From: an uncultured Acidobacteriota bacterium
GTDB taxonomy: Bacteria > Acidobacteriota > UBA6911 > RPQK01 > JAPXNP01
Direction: 5' to 3'
Length of the DNA: 64,000 nucleotides
Assembly (NCBI GenBank): GCA_963777605.1
Contig: CAVZRV010000030.1
Coordinates: 1-64,000 of the forward strand
Made by a program: the position numbers and the translations under genes. Positions within the stretch are counted from its first letter, which is position 1; each line of letters begins with the position of its first letter. The notes under the pieces are model-generated. The model saw only the letters and a list, made by a program, of their open reading frames with translations. It was not told the DNA's origin and made no database searches. Positions 54,309-64,000 of the stretch are shown here, piece by piece.

Positions 54309-55622
54309 CTATCGGGAATTGTTGGCCCGACGGAGATCGAGCCGGTATCCGACCAACCCGTAGTAGGCGATCACGACGAAACACCCCAGCGGTACCCAGT
54401 AAGACATGTTGATGCTGGAAGTGGCGTCGGAAACCTGCCCCTGGATCGCGGTCAGGACGGCTCCGCCCAGGATGGCCATAATCAGCCCGGACCCGCCAAT
54501 CTTCGTGTCGTCACCGAGGCCGCGCACTGACAGGCCGTAGATGGTCGGGAACATCAGTGACATGCAGCCGGAGATGCAGACCAGCGCGACACATCCCACG
54601 AAGCCTCCCCCGTAAATTACCGTCAGCGTGCAGCCGATTGCCAGAAGCGCGAGGAACGAAAGAAGCGTCCCGGGAGCAAAGAACTTCATCAGCCCGGTGC
54701 AGGCGAAGCGGGAAACCGTGAAGAGGATCAGGGCGGCCAGGTAGTAGCTGGAAGACTGTTCCTCATTCAGGTGGAGTTCCTGCATGACGTAGCGGATCGT
54801 GAACGACCAGACCCCGATTTGGGCCCCGACGTAGAAGAATTGGGCTACCACTCCCCAGACGTAATGACGATTGTGGATCAGCCGGCGGAATGTCTGCCCG
54901 AGATTCAGGTCCGAACCTGAATCGGACGCTTCCGGCATCTTGATCGTCGCGATCAGGACCCACAGCAGGAGGAGGAATAGAGCGACGCCGACATAGGGTC
55001 CCATGACCGCCGAAAGTTCACCGGACTGGATCGTCTTCAGTTGTTCGGGGCTCATGGCCGCCCGATCGGCCGCTGAAGCTTGATTGAGGTGGGACAGAAT
55101 GAACCACTTGCTCAGGAACACTCCCAGGATCGACCCGATCGGGTTGAACGACTGGGCGAGGTTCAGCCTCCGCGTGCCGGTTTCCTCCGGCCCCATGGCG
55201 ATGATGTACGGGTTGGCCGAGGTCTCCAGGATCGAGAGCCCGCCGGCCAGGATGTACAGGGCAGCCAGGAAATGCCAGTAGACCATCGTTTTGCTGGCCG
55301 GGTAGAAGAGCAGTGCCCCCGCCACGAAGAGCCCGAGTCCCAGTAGAACGCCCGCTTTGTAGGTGAACCGCTTAATGAAGATGGCCGCTGGCAGAGCCAG
55401 GCAGAAATAGGATCCGTAGAAGGCAATCTGGATCCAGGAAGTCTGGAAGTCGGACATGCTCATGATCCGCTTGAACGCGGCCAGGAGCGTGTCGGTCATG
55501 TTGTTCGCCAGACCCCACCAGGCAAAACAGCTGGTCAGAAAGATGAAGGGCCAGAGGATGCCCGGAGGAACCAGTTTGCTGGACGAGGCGACTTTTGAGT
55601 CAACAGGCGGCTGATGTTCCAT
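54309..55622 (-). CDS. fucP: L-fucose:H+ symporter (FHS/MFS)
   Basis: LETSANPY, RRLNLAQSFN, FYVGAQI and SLMFPTI motifs. Confidence 0.9.
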   Translation of the reverse strand: MEHQPPVDSKVASSSKLVPPGILWPFIFLTSCFAWWGLANNMTDTLLAAFKRIMSMSDFQTSWIQIAFYGSYFCLALPAAIFIKRFTYKAGVLLGLGLFVAGALLFYPASKTMVYWHFLAALYILAGGLSILETSANPYIIAMGPEETGTRRLNLAQSFNPIGSILGVFLSKWFILSHLNQASAADRAAMSPEQLKTIQSGELSAVMGPYVGVALFLLLLWVLIATIKMPEASDSGSDLNLGQTFRRLIHNRHYVWGVVAQFFYVGAQIGVWSFTIRYVMQELHLNEEQSSSYYLAALILFTVSRFACTGLMKFFAPGTLLSFLALLAIGCTLTVIYGGGFVGCVALVCISGCMSLMFPTIYGLSVRGLGDDTKIGGSGLIMAILGGAVLTAIQGQVSDATSSINMSYWVPLGCFVVIAYYGLVGYRLDLRRANNSR

Positions 55623-55873
55623 GGATATCGGTCCGGGAGGAGTTGAATCGATTCGTGCCGTGGAAAATGTTCACAGAATGGAACATGCTAGCACGAGGGG
55701 ATGATCAGTTGTCCAGCAGCAATTTAGTGAGTTACGGATTGCGCGGTTGCAGCGAGAGACAAGCGGTTCCCGCTTGTCTCTCGGGTGAGCCCCGGAATCC
55801 AGGGGCTCTCTCCGCCGCTAGCCCGGGAGCGGCATATTGAACTAGAAACCATGGGCGCACAGCGGCTTTAATC

Positions 55874-55911
55874 GGAAGGCGGGCGGGGCGCCCCTCCCAC
55901 GCCCGTCTTCC
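55874..55911. terminator. GC-rich hairpin downstream of ilvN
   Basis: GGAAGGCGGGCG...CGCCCGTCTTCC; lacks a clear U-tract. Confidence 0.45.
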
Positions 55912-55930
55912 GTTGTCGTCGAAGCGGCTC

Positions 55931-56470
55931 CTACAGAACGCTCCGGCTGGGCTTGGCAGCCGTTCCCCGGTAGGACGCCAGTGGCGCTACCGAGTGCTGG
56001 CCCCGGCCCATGGCGACGATTCCCGTCCGGACCATTTCGATGATCCCGATCGTGCGCAGGAGCTCACTGAAGCTTTCGATCTTGTCTTCTTCCCCAGTGA
56101 TCTCCACGATCACCGAGGTCTTGGCGACATCGACCACCCGGGCCCGGAAGATGCTGCACAGCTGCATGACCTCGGGACGGGTCTGGCTGTCAACCTTGAC
56201 CTTGATCAAGGCCAGATCCCGGGTGACCGAAGGCTTGTCGTGAAGGGGCTCCACGTGAACCACATTGGGCAACTTGTAGAGGCATTTCTCCACCTTGCGC
56301 GATTCGGCTTCAGTTCCTTCGATCAGGATGGTCATCCGCGAGAGTTCCGGATTGTCGGTCCGGCCGACCGTCAAACTGTCTATGTTGAAGTTTCGGCGCC
56401 GGAACAGGCTCACCACCCGATTCAGGACGCCGGGCTTGTTTTCGACCAGGGCACTCATGGAATATTTCAT
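55931..56470 (-). CDS. ilvN: Acetolactate synthase small subunit
   Basis: VENKPGVL.RV..LF.RR.FNI and E.VRTG motifs. Confidence 0.96.
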   Translation of the reverse strand: MKYSMSALVENKPGVLNRVVSLFRRRNFNIDSLTVGRTDNPELSRMTILIEGTEAESRKVEKCLYKLPNVVHVEPLHDKPSVTRDLALIKVKVDSQTRPEVMQLCSIFRARVVDVAKTSVIVEITGEEDKIESFSELLRTIGIIEMVRTGIVAMGRGQHSVAPLASYRGTAAKPSRSVL

Positions 56471-56475
56471 GGCGC

Positions 56476-58185
56476 TTACTCCTTCTTGGCGGCAACTGCA
56501 AAGGGCCGGCGAATCATGTTGTGAAGTGCGGCACCCGCCGGAACCATGGGATAGACGATGTCGTGCTTCTCCACCACGTACTCGACGAGAACGGGCGTGT
56601 CCCGGTGGCTGCGGGCGAACTGGACCGATTCCTCAATCTGATCGCGCCGGGTCACCTTCAGGTTGGGAATACCGTAAGCGTCGGCAAGCTTGCAAAAATC
56701 GGGGCTACCCATCGGAGTCGCATGGTAGCGTTCTTCGTAGAAGAACTCCTGCCACTGTCGAACCATGCCGAGGTAGTTGTTGTTGATAATTGCGATGTTG
56801 ACGCCGACCTTCTGCTCAACGGCGGTGGCGAGCTCAGTCATGGTCATCTGGAAACCGCCGTCGCCGACGATGGCCCAGACTTCTTCTTTCGGGAGTCCCA
56901 TCTTGGCGCCAATGGCCGCCGGTAAACCGAATCCCATGGTGCCCAGCCCGCCGCTCGTGATCAGCGTTCGAGGCCGCTCGTGAAGGTAGTACTGGGCTTC
57001 CCACATCTGGTGCTGGCCGACGTCGGTGACCGTAATGCTATCTCCGGAGGTGTATTTCCAGAGATCCCGGATTACGTGGGCGGCATACAGTTTGCCGTCT
57101 TCCGGGGCATTGTAGATATCCCGGGTTTGCCGGTCGTCCTGCCACTTCTTGATGGTCTCGATCCAGGCGCTGCTGTCGGTGGCTTCCGCGATCGGGATGA
57201 GCTGTTCGAGAACCTGTTTGAGGTCGCCCACGATACCAAGATCGACGCAGACGTTTTTGTGGATTTCGGAAGCATCAATGTCGACGTGGATCTTCTTCGA
57301 CTTGGGAGCGTAGGTCTTGAGATCGCCGGTGACACGGTCGTCGAAACGCATTCCCAGGGCCAGCACAAGGTCTGCCTCCTGGATGGCAATGTTGACGTGA
57401 GCTTCGCCGTGCATTCCCATCATCCCCAGGCAAAGGGGGTGGGATTCCGGCATGGTACCCTTGCCCAGCAGGGTCAGGGCCACCGGGATGCGGGCTTTTT
57501 CGACGAATCTCAGCAGTTCGCTCTCCGCGCCGGAGAGACTGATCCCGTGTCCGGCGAGAATCAACGGCCGCCGGCTTTCGGAAAGCAGCTTGAGGGCTTG
57601 TTCGATCTCATCTCCGCTCGCGGCTCCGATCGGACGCTCGTTCGGGAGGTAGATCGGTTCGTTGGAGTACTCGAACTCGGTCGCCTTGATCTGGACATCC
57701 TTGGGGATGTCGATCAGCACCGGTCCGGGCCGCCCGCTCCTGGCAATGTGAAATGCCTCGCGAACGGTGGCAGCCAGATCTTCGACGTCGGTCACCAGAT
57801 AGTTGTGTTTGGTGATAGGAAGCGTGATACCGGTGATATCGATTTCCTGGAATGCATCGGACCCGATGACCGACGTAGCCACCTGGCCGGTGATAAACAC
57901 CGTCGGCGACGAATCGAGCATAGCCGTTGCGATTCCGGTCACGAGATTCGTGGCTCCCGGGCCGCTGGTCGCCAGGGCGACTCCGACTTTTCCGGTTGCC
58001 CGGGCGTAGCCGTCGGCCATGTGAGACGCGCCCTGTTCGTGGCGAACCAGGACATGATGAATCTGGGGATACTTGGTCATAGCGTCGTAGGCGGGCAGGA
58101 TGGCCCCGCCCGGGTACCCGAACACCAGGTCAACGCCTTCGCGCAGCAAACTCTCCCAGAGTATTTCTGCTCCTGTAAGTTTCAT
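56476..58185 (-). CDS. ilvB: Acetolactate synthase large subunit
   Basis: GYPGG, RHEQ, TSGPGATN, DVGQHQMW and GDG...NN motifs. Confidence 0.97.
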   Translation of the reverse strand: MKLTGAEILWESLLREGVDLVFGYPGGAILPAYDAMTKYPQIHHVLVRHEQGASHMADGYARATGKVGVALATSGPGATNLVTGIATAMLDSSPTVFITGQVATSVIGSDAFQEIDITGITLPITKHNYLVTDVEDLAATVREAFHIARSGRPGPVLIDIPKDVQIKATEFEYSNEPIYLPNERPIGAASGDEIEQALKLLSESRRPLILAGHGISLSGAESELLRFVEKARIPVALTLLGKGTMPESHPLCLGMMGMHGEAHVNIAIQEADLVLALGMRFDDRVTGDLKTYAPKSKKIHVDIDASEIHKNVCVDLGIVGDLKQVLEQLIPIAEATDSSAWIETIKKWQDDRQTRDIYNAPEDGKLYAAHVIRDLWKYTSGDSITVTDVGQHQMWEAQYYLHERPRTLITSGGLGTMGFGLPAAIGAKMGLPKEEVWAIVGDGGFQMTMTELATAVEQKVGVNIAIINNNYLGMVRQWQEFFYEERYHATPMGSPDFCKLADAYGIPNLKVTRRDQIEESVQFARSHRDTPVLVEYVVEKHDIVYPMVPAGAALHNMIRRPFAVAAKKE

Positions 58186-58236
58186 GATGATCTTCTCTCC
58201 TAAGTTAGCCGCCGCGAAGCCGGCCGCTCCTTGATC

Positions 58237-59901
58237 TCAGTCCAGGAAAACTGCTCCGGTACTGGCACTGCTGACCAGCCGGGAATAGCGTCGCAGCCAT
58301 CGACTCTCGATCTTTGCCTCAAACGGGGGCAATTCCGAGAGCCGGCCGGTAATCTCTTCGTCACTCAGTTCAACGTCGAGACTGCGCTGGTCGAGGTCGA
58401 TCCGGATAATATCTCCGTCGCGGAGGGCTGCAATCGGCCCTCGCGCGGCTGCTTCCGGACTGACATGTCCGATCGACATCCCGCGGCTTCCTCCCGAGAA
58501 CCGACCATCGGTCACGAGTGCGACGGTCTCGCCCATACCCATTCCCTGGAGCTGGGCGGTCGGTCCAAGCATTTCCTGCATCCCCGGGCCGCCTTTAGGG
58601 CCCTCGTAACGAATCACAACCACTTCACCGGGCTTTACTTCACCGCCCAGGATGCCCTGGGCAGCGTCTTCCTCACTCTCGTACACTCGGGCGGGACCGC
58701 GATGTTGCCGAGCTCCGGCCACGCCGCCCGCCTTGATCACGGCACCCTCCGGTGCCAGGTTTCCGGTCAGCACCGCCAGGCCACCCGTCTTGGAGTAGGC
58801 ATTCTCGCAACTCCTGATGACTTCAGAGTCGCGAATTTCCGCGGATGCGATGTTCTCGCCAAGGGTTTTGCCGGTCACGGTCGGTCGGTCGAGATGCAGG
58901 ACGTTGTCCCGGCGACTGATTTCCTTAAGGATAGCAGGAATCCCACCGGCCCGGTGAACATCTTCCATGTGCCACTTGCTGGCCGGGCTCACCTTGCAGA
59001 TCTGGGGGACGCGCGCGGCCACTTCGTTGATTCGGGCAAAGGGATAGTCCACCTCGGCTTCGTAAGCGGCCGCCAGAGTATGAAGCACCGTGTTCGTACT
59101 TCCGCCCATCGCCATGTCGAGGACGAAGGCATCGTCAATCGCGTCCCTCGTCACAATCTTTCGAGGTGTCAGGTCAAGTTCGATAAGAGTCATCAAGGAC
59201 GTCGCCGCCGTCCGGGCCAGTTGCCGCCGCTCCTCGGTTTCGGCAAGGGCCGACCCGTTGTAGGGCAGGGCAAGGCCGATCGCCTCGAGCAGGCAGTTCA
59301 TGCTGTTCGCCGTGAACATTCCGGAACAGGATCCGCACGATGGGCAGCCGTGGTCCTCGAGGAGTTTGAGTTCGTCTTCGTCGATCTTACCCGCCCTGTA
59401 TGCGCCGACTCCTTCGAAAACGCTAACGAGATCGACAGCCCGCCCATCGGGCATCTTGCCTGCCGCCATCGGTCCTCCACTGACGAAGATCGTGGGAATG
59501 TCGACCCGAAGGGCGCCCATAAGCATTCCGGGGACAATCTTGTCGCAATTCGGGATACAGATCATGGCATCGAACGCGTGAGCGTTGACAACCGTTTCGA
59601 CCGAGTCGGCGATGAGTTCCCGGCTTGGCAGGGAGTAGTTCATTCCGACGTGACCCATTGCGATGCCATCGTCGACGCCGATCGTGTTGAACTCGAAGGG
59701 AACCCCGCCGGCCTGGCGGACCGCCTCCTTGATCAGCGCGCCGAAACGCTGCAGGTGAACATGGCCCGGAATGATGTCGATGTAGCTGTTGCAGACGGCG
59801 ACAAAGGGCTTGCCCATGTCCGCGTCTGTTACTCCGGTCGCCTTCAGAAGTGATCGGTGGGGCGATCGCTCGAAGCCTTTCTTGATCCGGTCTGATCTCA
59901 T
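58237..59901 (-). CDS. ilvD: Dihydroxy-acid dehydratase
   Basis: [21 protein letters not shown] and TDGRFSG motifs. Confidence 0.97.
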   Translation of the reverse strand: MRSDRIKKGFERSPHRSLLKATGVTDADMGKPFVAVCNSYIDIIPGHVHLQRFGALIKEAVRQAGGVPFEFNTIGVDDGIAMGHVGMNYSLPSRELIADSVETVVNAHAFDAMICIPNCDKIVPGMLMGALRVDIPTIFVSGGPMAAGKMPDGRAVDLVSVFEGVGAYRAGKIDEDELKLLEDHGCPSCGSCSGMFTANSMNCLLEAIGLALPYNGSALAETEERRQLARTAATSLMTLIELDLTPRKIVTRDAIDDAFVLDMAMGGSTNTVLHTLAAAYEAEVDYPFARINEVAARVPQICKVSPASKWHMEDVHRAGGIPAILKEISRRDNVLHLDRPTVTGKTLGENIASAEIRDSEVIRSCENAYSKTGGLAVLTGNLAPEGAVIKAGGVAGARQHRGPARVYESEEDAAQGILGGEVKPGEVVVIRYEGPKGGPGMQEMLGPTAQLQGMGMGETVALVTDGRFSGGSRGMSIGHVSPEAAARGPIAALRDGDIIRIDLDQRSLDVELSDEEITGRLSELPPFEAKIESRWLRRYSRLVSSASTGAVFLD

Positions 59902-60015
59902 GCGGTTTGCTCTTTCCCTTTCTGGTTCCTGCGGCAGAGGGCGGACTTGACCTTGGAATTCTCCTCGTGATTTCCCGCCTTTCTGCCTTACTTCACAACA
60001 TTCGAATTCAACCCC

Positions 60016-60043
60016 AAAAAAAAAGCCCCCGATTTTCGGGGGC
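60016..60043 (-). terminator. Intrinsic attenuator terminator of the ilv leader
   Basis: Minus strand reads GCCCCCGA-AAA-TCGGGGGC followed by T9. Confidence 0.9.
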
Positions 60044-60071
60044 CTGTCTGGCTCTTTCTGGTCTGCGGCTC

Positions 60072-60176
60072 TTAGCGTATCGTCGACGAATGAGCCCCCC
60101 TCATCCGCCAGCCGCTGTTGACGGTAATAAGTACTAGTACCAGTACGAGGGAGAGCAGATTGAGGGTGTTGATCAT
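60072..60176 (-). CDS. ilv operon leader peptide ([19 protein letters not shown]...)
   Basis: 34 aa with a Leu/Val/Ile run, directly upstream of the terminator and ilvD. Confidence 0.85.
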   Translation of the reverse strand: MINTLNLLSLVLVLVLITVNSGWRMRGAHSSTIR

Positions 60177-60326
60177 TCCGTTTACCACGATTTCAGCCTT
60201 CGTCGATCCGGTAAGGTATCCGACCAGGGACCCCTTTGTCAATCCCGTCCCGCCCGATCTGAGGGTTGATTTCAATTAACTTCGATATGATTTATACTTC
60301 CTGGTTTTTGTATCCGGAGAATTCGC

Positions 60327-61757
60327 ATGGCGGCAGAGTCACAGAATCAGTCGATATTGGTGATGAAGTTCGGGGGAACTTCGGTCGGAAGCGAGGAAGC
60401 GATCGAGCAGGTGGCTTCCATAGTGAAGGAGAGCAATCGAACCTGGAAGGGTGTTGTGGTCGTCCTTTCGGCGCTGTCCGGGGTCACCAACCTGCTCCTG
60501 GAAAGCGCGGCAAAGGCCGCGGCGGGCAGTCGGACCGTAGGACCCGAAGCCGCAATAGCGTTGGAGGCGCGACATCTCGCCGTGGCCCGGCGCCTTCTCC
60601 AGGATGAAACCAGACTGGGCTCGTTCACCGAGGAATTACATCTGCTGACGGAGGAATTCCGGAACCTCTGCGGGGCCATCGCGGTTCTCGGAGAGGCGAC
60701 TCCGCGCGCCCTCGACGCCGTCGCCTCGATCGGAGAGAAACTCTCCGTGCGACTGGTTTCGGCGGTTCTTTCGGAGCGGGGTGTCCCGGCACGCTTCGTC
60801 GATGCGATCGACTTCGTGATCACCGACTCCAACTTTCAGTCGGCCCATCCTGACCTTTCGGCGACCCGTGAAAAGGCGCATCAGCTCCTGTTCCCTCTTC
60901 TCGACGAGGGAATCGTACCGGTCGTGACCGGCTTTCTCGGCAGCACCCCGGATGGAATCACAACGACCCTGGGCCGAGGAGGTAGTGACTACTCGGCGGC
61001 TCTCGTGGGAGCGGTTCTGAGTGCTCAGGACGTCTGGATCTGGACGGACGTTGACGGAGTCATGACCGCCGACCCACGGGTCGTTCCTGCCGCACAGACG
61101 ATTCCCTCGCTCTCATACCGTGAGCTGGCCGAGTTGGCTTACTTCGGGGCGAAGGTCCTCCATCCGATGACGATTCGCCCGGTGGTGGAAGCCGGGATCG
61201 GATTGTCCATTCGTAACACGTTCCAGCCGCACCATCCCGGAACCAGGCTGGTCGCGCGCAACGAGCACACCACACAAGTGATCAAGGCCGTCACCTCGAT
61301 CAAGGGCGAGTGCCTGATTACGATCGAAGGGAGAGGAATGTTGGGGGTTCCCGGCGTCGCGGCAAGGGCGTTTGCTGCCGTCGCAGCCACCGGCACCAAT
61401 GTCACTTTGATCAGCCAGGCCTCCTCGGAACAGAGCATCTGTTTCGCCGTTCCGACTGTACGAAGTCTGATCGTGGTCAACGCCCTCGAGAAGGCCTTTG
61501 CTTCGGAACTGAACGCCAGGGACATCGACCGGATTTGGGCGTCGTCCGAGATGGTCATCGTGACGGTGGTCGGGTCGGGAATGCGGCACACACCGGGAGT
61601 CGCCGGCAGGGTTTTCAGTGTGCTTGGGGATCGGGGCGTAAACGTCATCGCTATCGCCCAGGGATCGTCCGAAGTAGCGATCAGCCTGGTGCTGGAAGCC
61701 AAGGATCTGGAATCGGCAGTAGTCGGTCTGCACAGCCTGATCGGAAAAAAAGATTAA
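60327..61757 (+). CDS. lysC: Aspartate kinase (monofunctional, two ACT domains)
   Basis: VMKFGGTSV, TLGRGGSDYSA and WTDVDG motifs. Confidence 0.94.
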   Translation: MAAESQNQSILVMKFGGTSVGSEEAIEQVASIVKESNRTWKGVVVVLSALSGVTNLLLESAAKAAAGSRTVGPEAAIALEARHLAVARRLLQDETRLGSFTEELHLLTEEFRNLCGAIAVLGEATPRALDAVASIGEKLSVRLVSAVLSERGVPARFVDAIDFVITDSNFQSAHPDLSATREKAHQLLFPLLDEGIVPVVTGFLGSTPDGITTTLGRGGSDYSAALVGAVLSAQDVWIWTDVDGVMTADPRVVPAAQTIPSLSYRELAELAYFGAKVLHPMTIRPVVEAGIGLSIRNTFQPHHPGTRLVARNEHTTQVIKAVTSIKGECLITIEGRGMLGVPGVAARAFAAVAATGTNVTLISQASSEQSICFAVPTVRSLIVVNALEKAFASELNARDIDRIWASSEMVIVTVVGSGMRHTPGVAGRVFSVLGDRGVNVIAIAQGSSEVAISLVLEAKDLESAVVGLHSLIGKKD

Positions 61758-61773
61758 GAAGGATCGGTATCAA

Positions 61774-62832
61774 ATGGAAAGAAGAACCAGAGTCGCCGTT
61801 TTGGGTGCCACCGGAAGCGTTGGACAGCGATTTGTCCAGATGCTCGAAGGGCATCCCTGGTTTGAATTGGTCTCACTGACGGGGTCGGCCCGGCGAGTGG
61901 GCAAGACTTATGAAGAAACCTGCCACTGGGTTATTACCGATCCGATGCCCAAGGCGTTCAGGAATCTTCGAATCGTCCCGACGGAACCGGACAGGGTGGA
62001 TGCCGATTTGGTGTTCTCGGCTCTCCCGTCCGGGGTTGCCCGCGAACTGGAGCCCCTTTTCGCACAGGCGGGGAAGGGAGTCTGCACGAACGCCGGTGCC
62101 TACCGGCGGGAGTCCGATGTCCCGGTGCTCCTGCCGGAAGTCAATCCCCACCACACCGAGTTGATCCACCGGCAAAAAAGGGAGCGCGGATGGAAAGGGT
62201 TCATCGTCACCAACCCCAACTGCACTTCGACTGGAATGACGATCGCCCTGAAAGCCCTCTACGATGCTTTTGGCCTGGAAAAGGTAATGGCCTTTTCGAT
62301 GCAGGCGATATCGGGCGCCGGCTATCCCGGTGTGGCCTCGCTCGACATCGTGGATAACGTGATTCCGTACATTTCGGGGGAAGAAGAGAAGGTTGAGTGG
62401 GAACCGCGCAAGATGCTGGGAAGTCTCAACGGAGACGCAATTGAACTGGCGGATTTCACGATTTCCGCACACGCTAACCGGGTTGCCGTCTCCGACGGTC
62501 ACCTTGTCTGCCTGACCGTCAAACTGTCCAACCCGGCGTCGGCCGAAGAAGCGAAGACTGCCCTGGCGGAGTACGCGCTCCCTGAAGCCTGCCGGGAATT
62601 GCCCTCCCGCCCCGAGCCGGTGATCCTGGTTCGCGACGAGGCTTCGCGGCCTCAGCCGAGGCTGGATCGGATGACCGGGGGTGGTATGACCACCGTCGTG
62701 GGACGAGTCCGTCCCGACACTCTGTTCGATTTGCGGCTGGCCGTCATGTCCCACAACACCATCCGGGGCGCCGCAGGAGGCTCGTTACTCAACGCGGAAC
62801 TCCTGGTTTCCCAGGGACATCTCAACAGGTAA
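61774..62832 (+). CDS. asd: Aspartate-semialdehyde dehydrogenase (archaeal/fungal-like type)
   Basis: GATGSVGQRF...HPWF, NPNC, QAISGAG and HNTIRGAAG motifs. Confidence 0.95.
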   Translation: MERRTRVAVLGATGSVGQRFVQMLEGHPWFELVSLTGSARRVGKTYEETCHWVITDPMPKAFRNLRIVPTEPDRVDADLVFSALPSGVARELEPLFAQAGKGVCTNAGAYRRESDVPVLLPEVNPHHTELIHRQKRERGWKGFIVTNPNCTSTGMTIALKALYDAFGLEKVMAFSMQAISGAGYPGVASLDIVDNVIPYISGEEEKVEWEPRKMLGSLNGDAIELADFTISAHANRVAVSDGHLVCLTVKLSNPASAEEAKTALAEYALPEACRELPSRPEPVILVRDEASRPQPRLDRMTGGGMTTVVGRVRPDTLFDLRLAVMSHNTIRGAAGGSLLNAELLVSQGHLNR

Positions 62833-62861
62833 TTGAAGGGGCGAAACTCGAAACCGGCGAA

Positions 62862-63884
62862 CTACCGGATGATCGGCAGTTCCACCGTCTTGTCGAGTTT
62901 GAAGCTCATGCGCTGCTCGGTCGGGAACTCGACCTCGTCTCCAGGGGTTGCCAGGGTCACACCGGTTCCGGCACCCGCTCCAACGGCGGCACCGATAGCA
63001 GCTCCTTTGCCGCCCCCGGCGATTGCACCGACCACCGCCCCGATTCCCGAAGCGATCCCAATGCGTTTGGCATCACGTGAGCCCGTTCCCTGGGCTTCGA
63101 AACTCAAGGTGTTGGTGTCGATCCTGTAGGATTCGCCTCCCACCTCAAGGGCGGTGAGGGTCAGGGACATTTGGGCTTTACCCTTGACTTTTCCCGACTT
63201 GACGAGCTGAGTGATCTTCCCTGTGACAGTAGCGCCAGCCGGCGCCAGGACGTGGCCGCCCTCTTTGAGGTCGTCCTCGAGGATTCCCTCAAAGCTCTGA
63301 CCAGACTGATTCGATCGAGAACTCAGACTTTGGGAGAGTCGAATGACGACTTCCGTTCCCGCCCCCAGCGTGGCGGTGGTCGGCGGCGGCGGCGGAGGTG
63401 GTGGCTCGGAAGGAGTCGCTGCACGAGCCGTTTCCTGGGCCCGGGATGCACTCCCGGCCGTCTTAGGCGCGGTAGAGGGCCGCTTTCCCGCGGTTTCACG
63501 CGAGGGAGGAGCGGCCAGGTTGAGCCCTGAATCCGTGCCTCCGACTGCCGGCGTCTCGCCTTGAGCGGAACTCGAATCCGCCTGCTCGACTGGAGTTCCC
63601 TGGGCAGCCAGGTAGGCCTTCTGAGCCTCGATCATGGTGGCGATCGTCATGCCTACGGGAAGCTGTGCGGGGGCGACATCGGGATGGACCCGCTCAACGT
63701 AGCCTTTCATCAACTCGTAGTCCTGGTAGGACAGTTCCTGCTTGGCCTGATCGGCGAGTTGTGCCGAGTTCTCGGCTGTTACCACTTGCTGTTCGAGGGA
63801 TGTGCTCGTGGAGGAGCAGGCGGAAACCAGTGCCAGAAGCAGTAAAACGGGAAGAAGCGTCAACGGCGGAAGCCACTTTCTCAT
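62862..63884 (-). CDS. Lipoprotein with a Pro-rich linker and glycine-zipper C-terminus
   Basis: Lipobox VSAC; poly-Pro; GAVVGAIAGGGKGAAIGA. Confidence 0.8.
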   Translation of the reverse strand: MRKWLPPLTLLPVLLLLALVSACSSTSTSLEQQVVTAENSAQLADQAKQELSYQDYELMKGYVERVHPDVAPAQLPVGMTIATMIEAQKAYLAAQGTPVEQADSSSAQGETPAVGGTDSGLNLAAPPSRETAGKRPSTAPKTAGSASRAQETARAATPSEPPPPPPPPTTATLGAGTEVVIRLSQSLSSRSNQSGQSFEGILEDDLKEGGHVLAPAGATVTGKITQLVKSGKVKGKAQMSLTLTALEVGGESYRIDTNTLSFEAQGTGSRDAKRIGIASGIGAVVGAIAGGGKGAAIGAAVGAGAGTGVTLATPGDEVEFPTEQRMSFKLDKTVELPIIR

Positions 63885-64000
63885 TGGGTTACTCCATGTT
63901 TTCGTGCGTGCAAGTCCGGAAAACGGGGTTGCTGTCAGAGTATCGTGAAAGCTCAATTACGTCGACCGCCAAGCAGACCGGCTCGCATCAGGAAGTAGAG

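Overview
GC-rich bacterial chromosomal window. Gene content (CRTAC1/ASPIC proteins, Tat-exported Gfo/Idh/MocA enzymes, a glycine-zipper lipoprotein) suggests an Acidobacteriota-like organism; this is inference. Layout: (1) 1-3.9 kb, one end of a prophage/integrative element (cI/LexA-like repressor, cro, putative annealase, xis, tyrosine integrase) abutting tRNA-Arg(UCU). (2) 4-13 kb, carbohydrate/redox genes, an orphan HATPase and a lactate permease. (3) 12.8-18.2 kb, nikR with a visible NikR-type operator ahead of a TonB receptor-ECF-methyltransferase operon. (4) 20.7-36.4 kb, the most notable region: a pentaheme cytochrome c/Rieske/cytochrome b/undecaheme cytochrome c operon, a di-heme sensor kinase with a NarL-type regulator, and an operon encoding hydrazine-synthase alpha-like and fused beta/gamma-like proteins. 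Both operons carry the same pair of ATSCG-N9-CGGAT sites 33 bp apart. (5) 36-46 kb, oxidoreductase, CobW, MtaA-like and hydrolase genes. (6) 46-64 kb, mostly housekeeping genes (tex, typA, fucP, ilvDBN with a leader-peptide attenuator, lysC, asd) plus a probable selenoprotein (UGA in a UxxC motif followed by a SECIS-like hairpin). About 13 genes or gene parts are broken by frameshifts, mostly single-base insertions and probably sequencing/assembly errors. All calls come from reading motifs by eye; no database searches were run.
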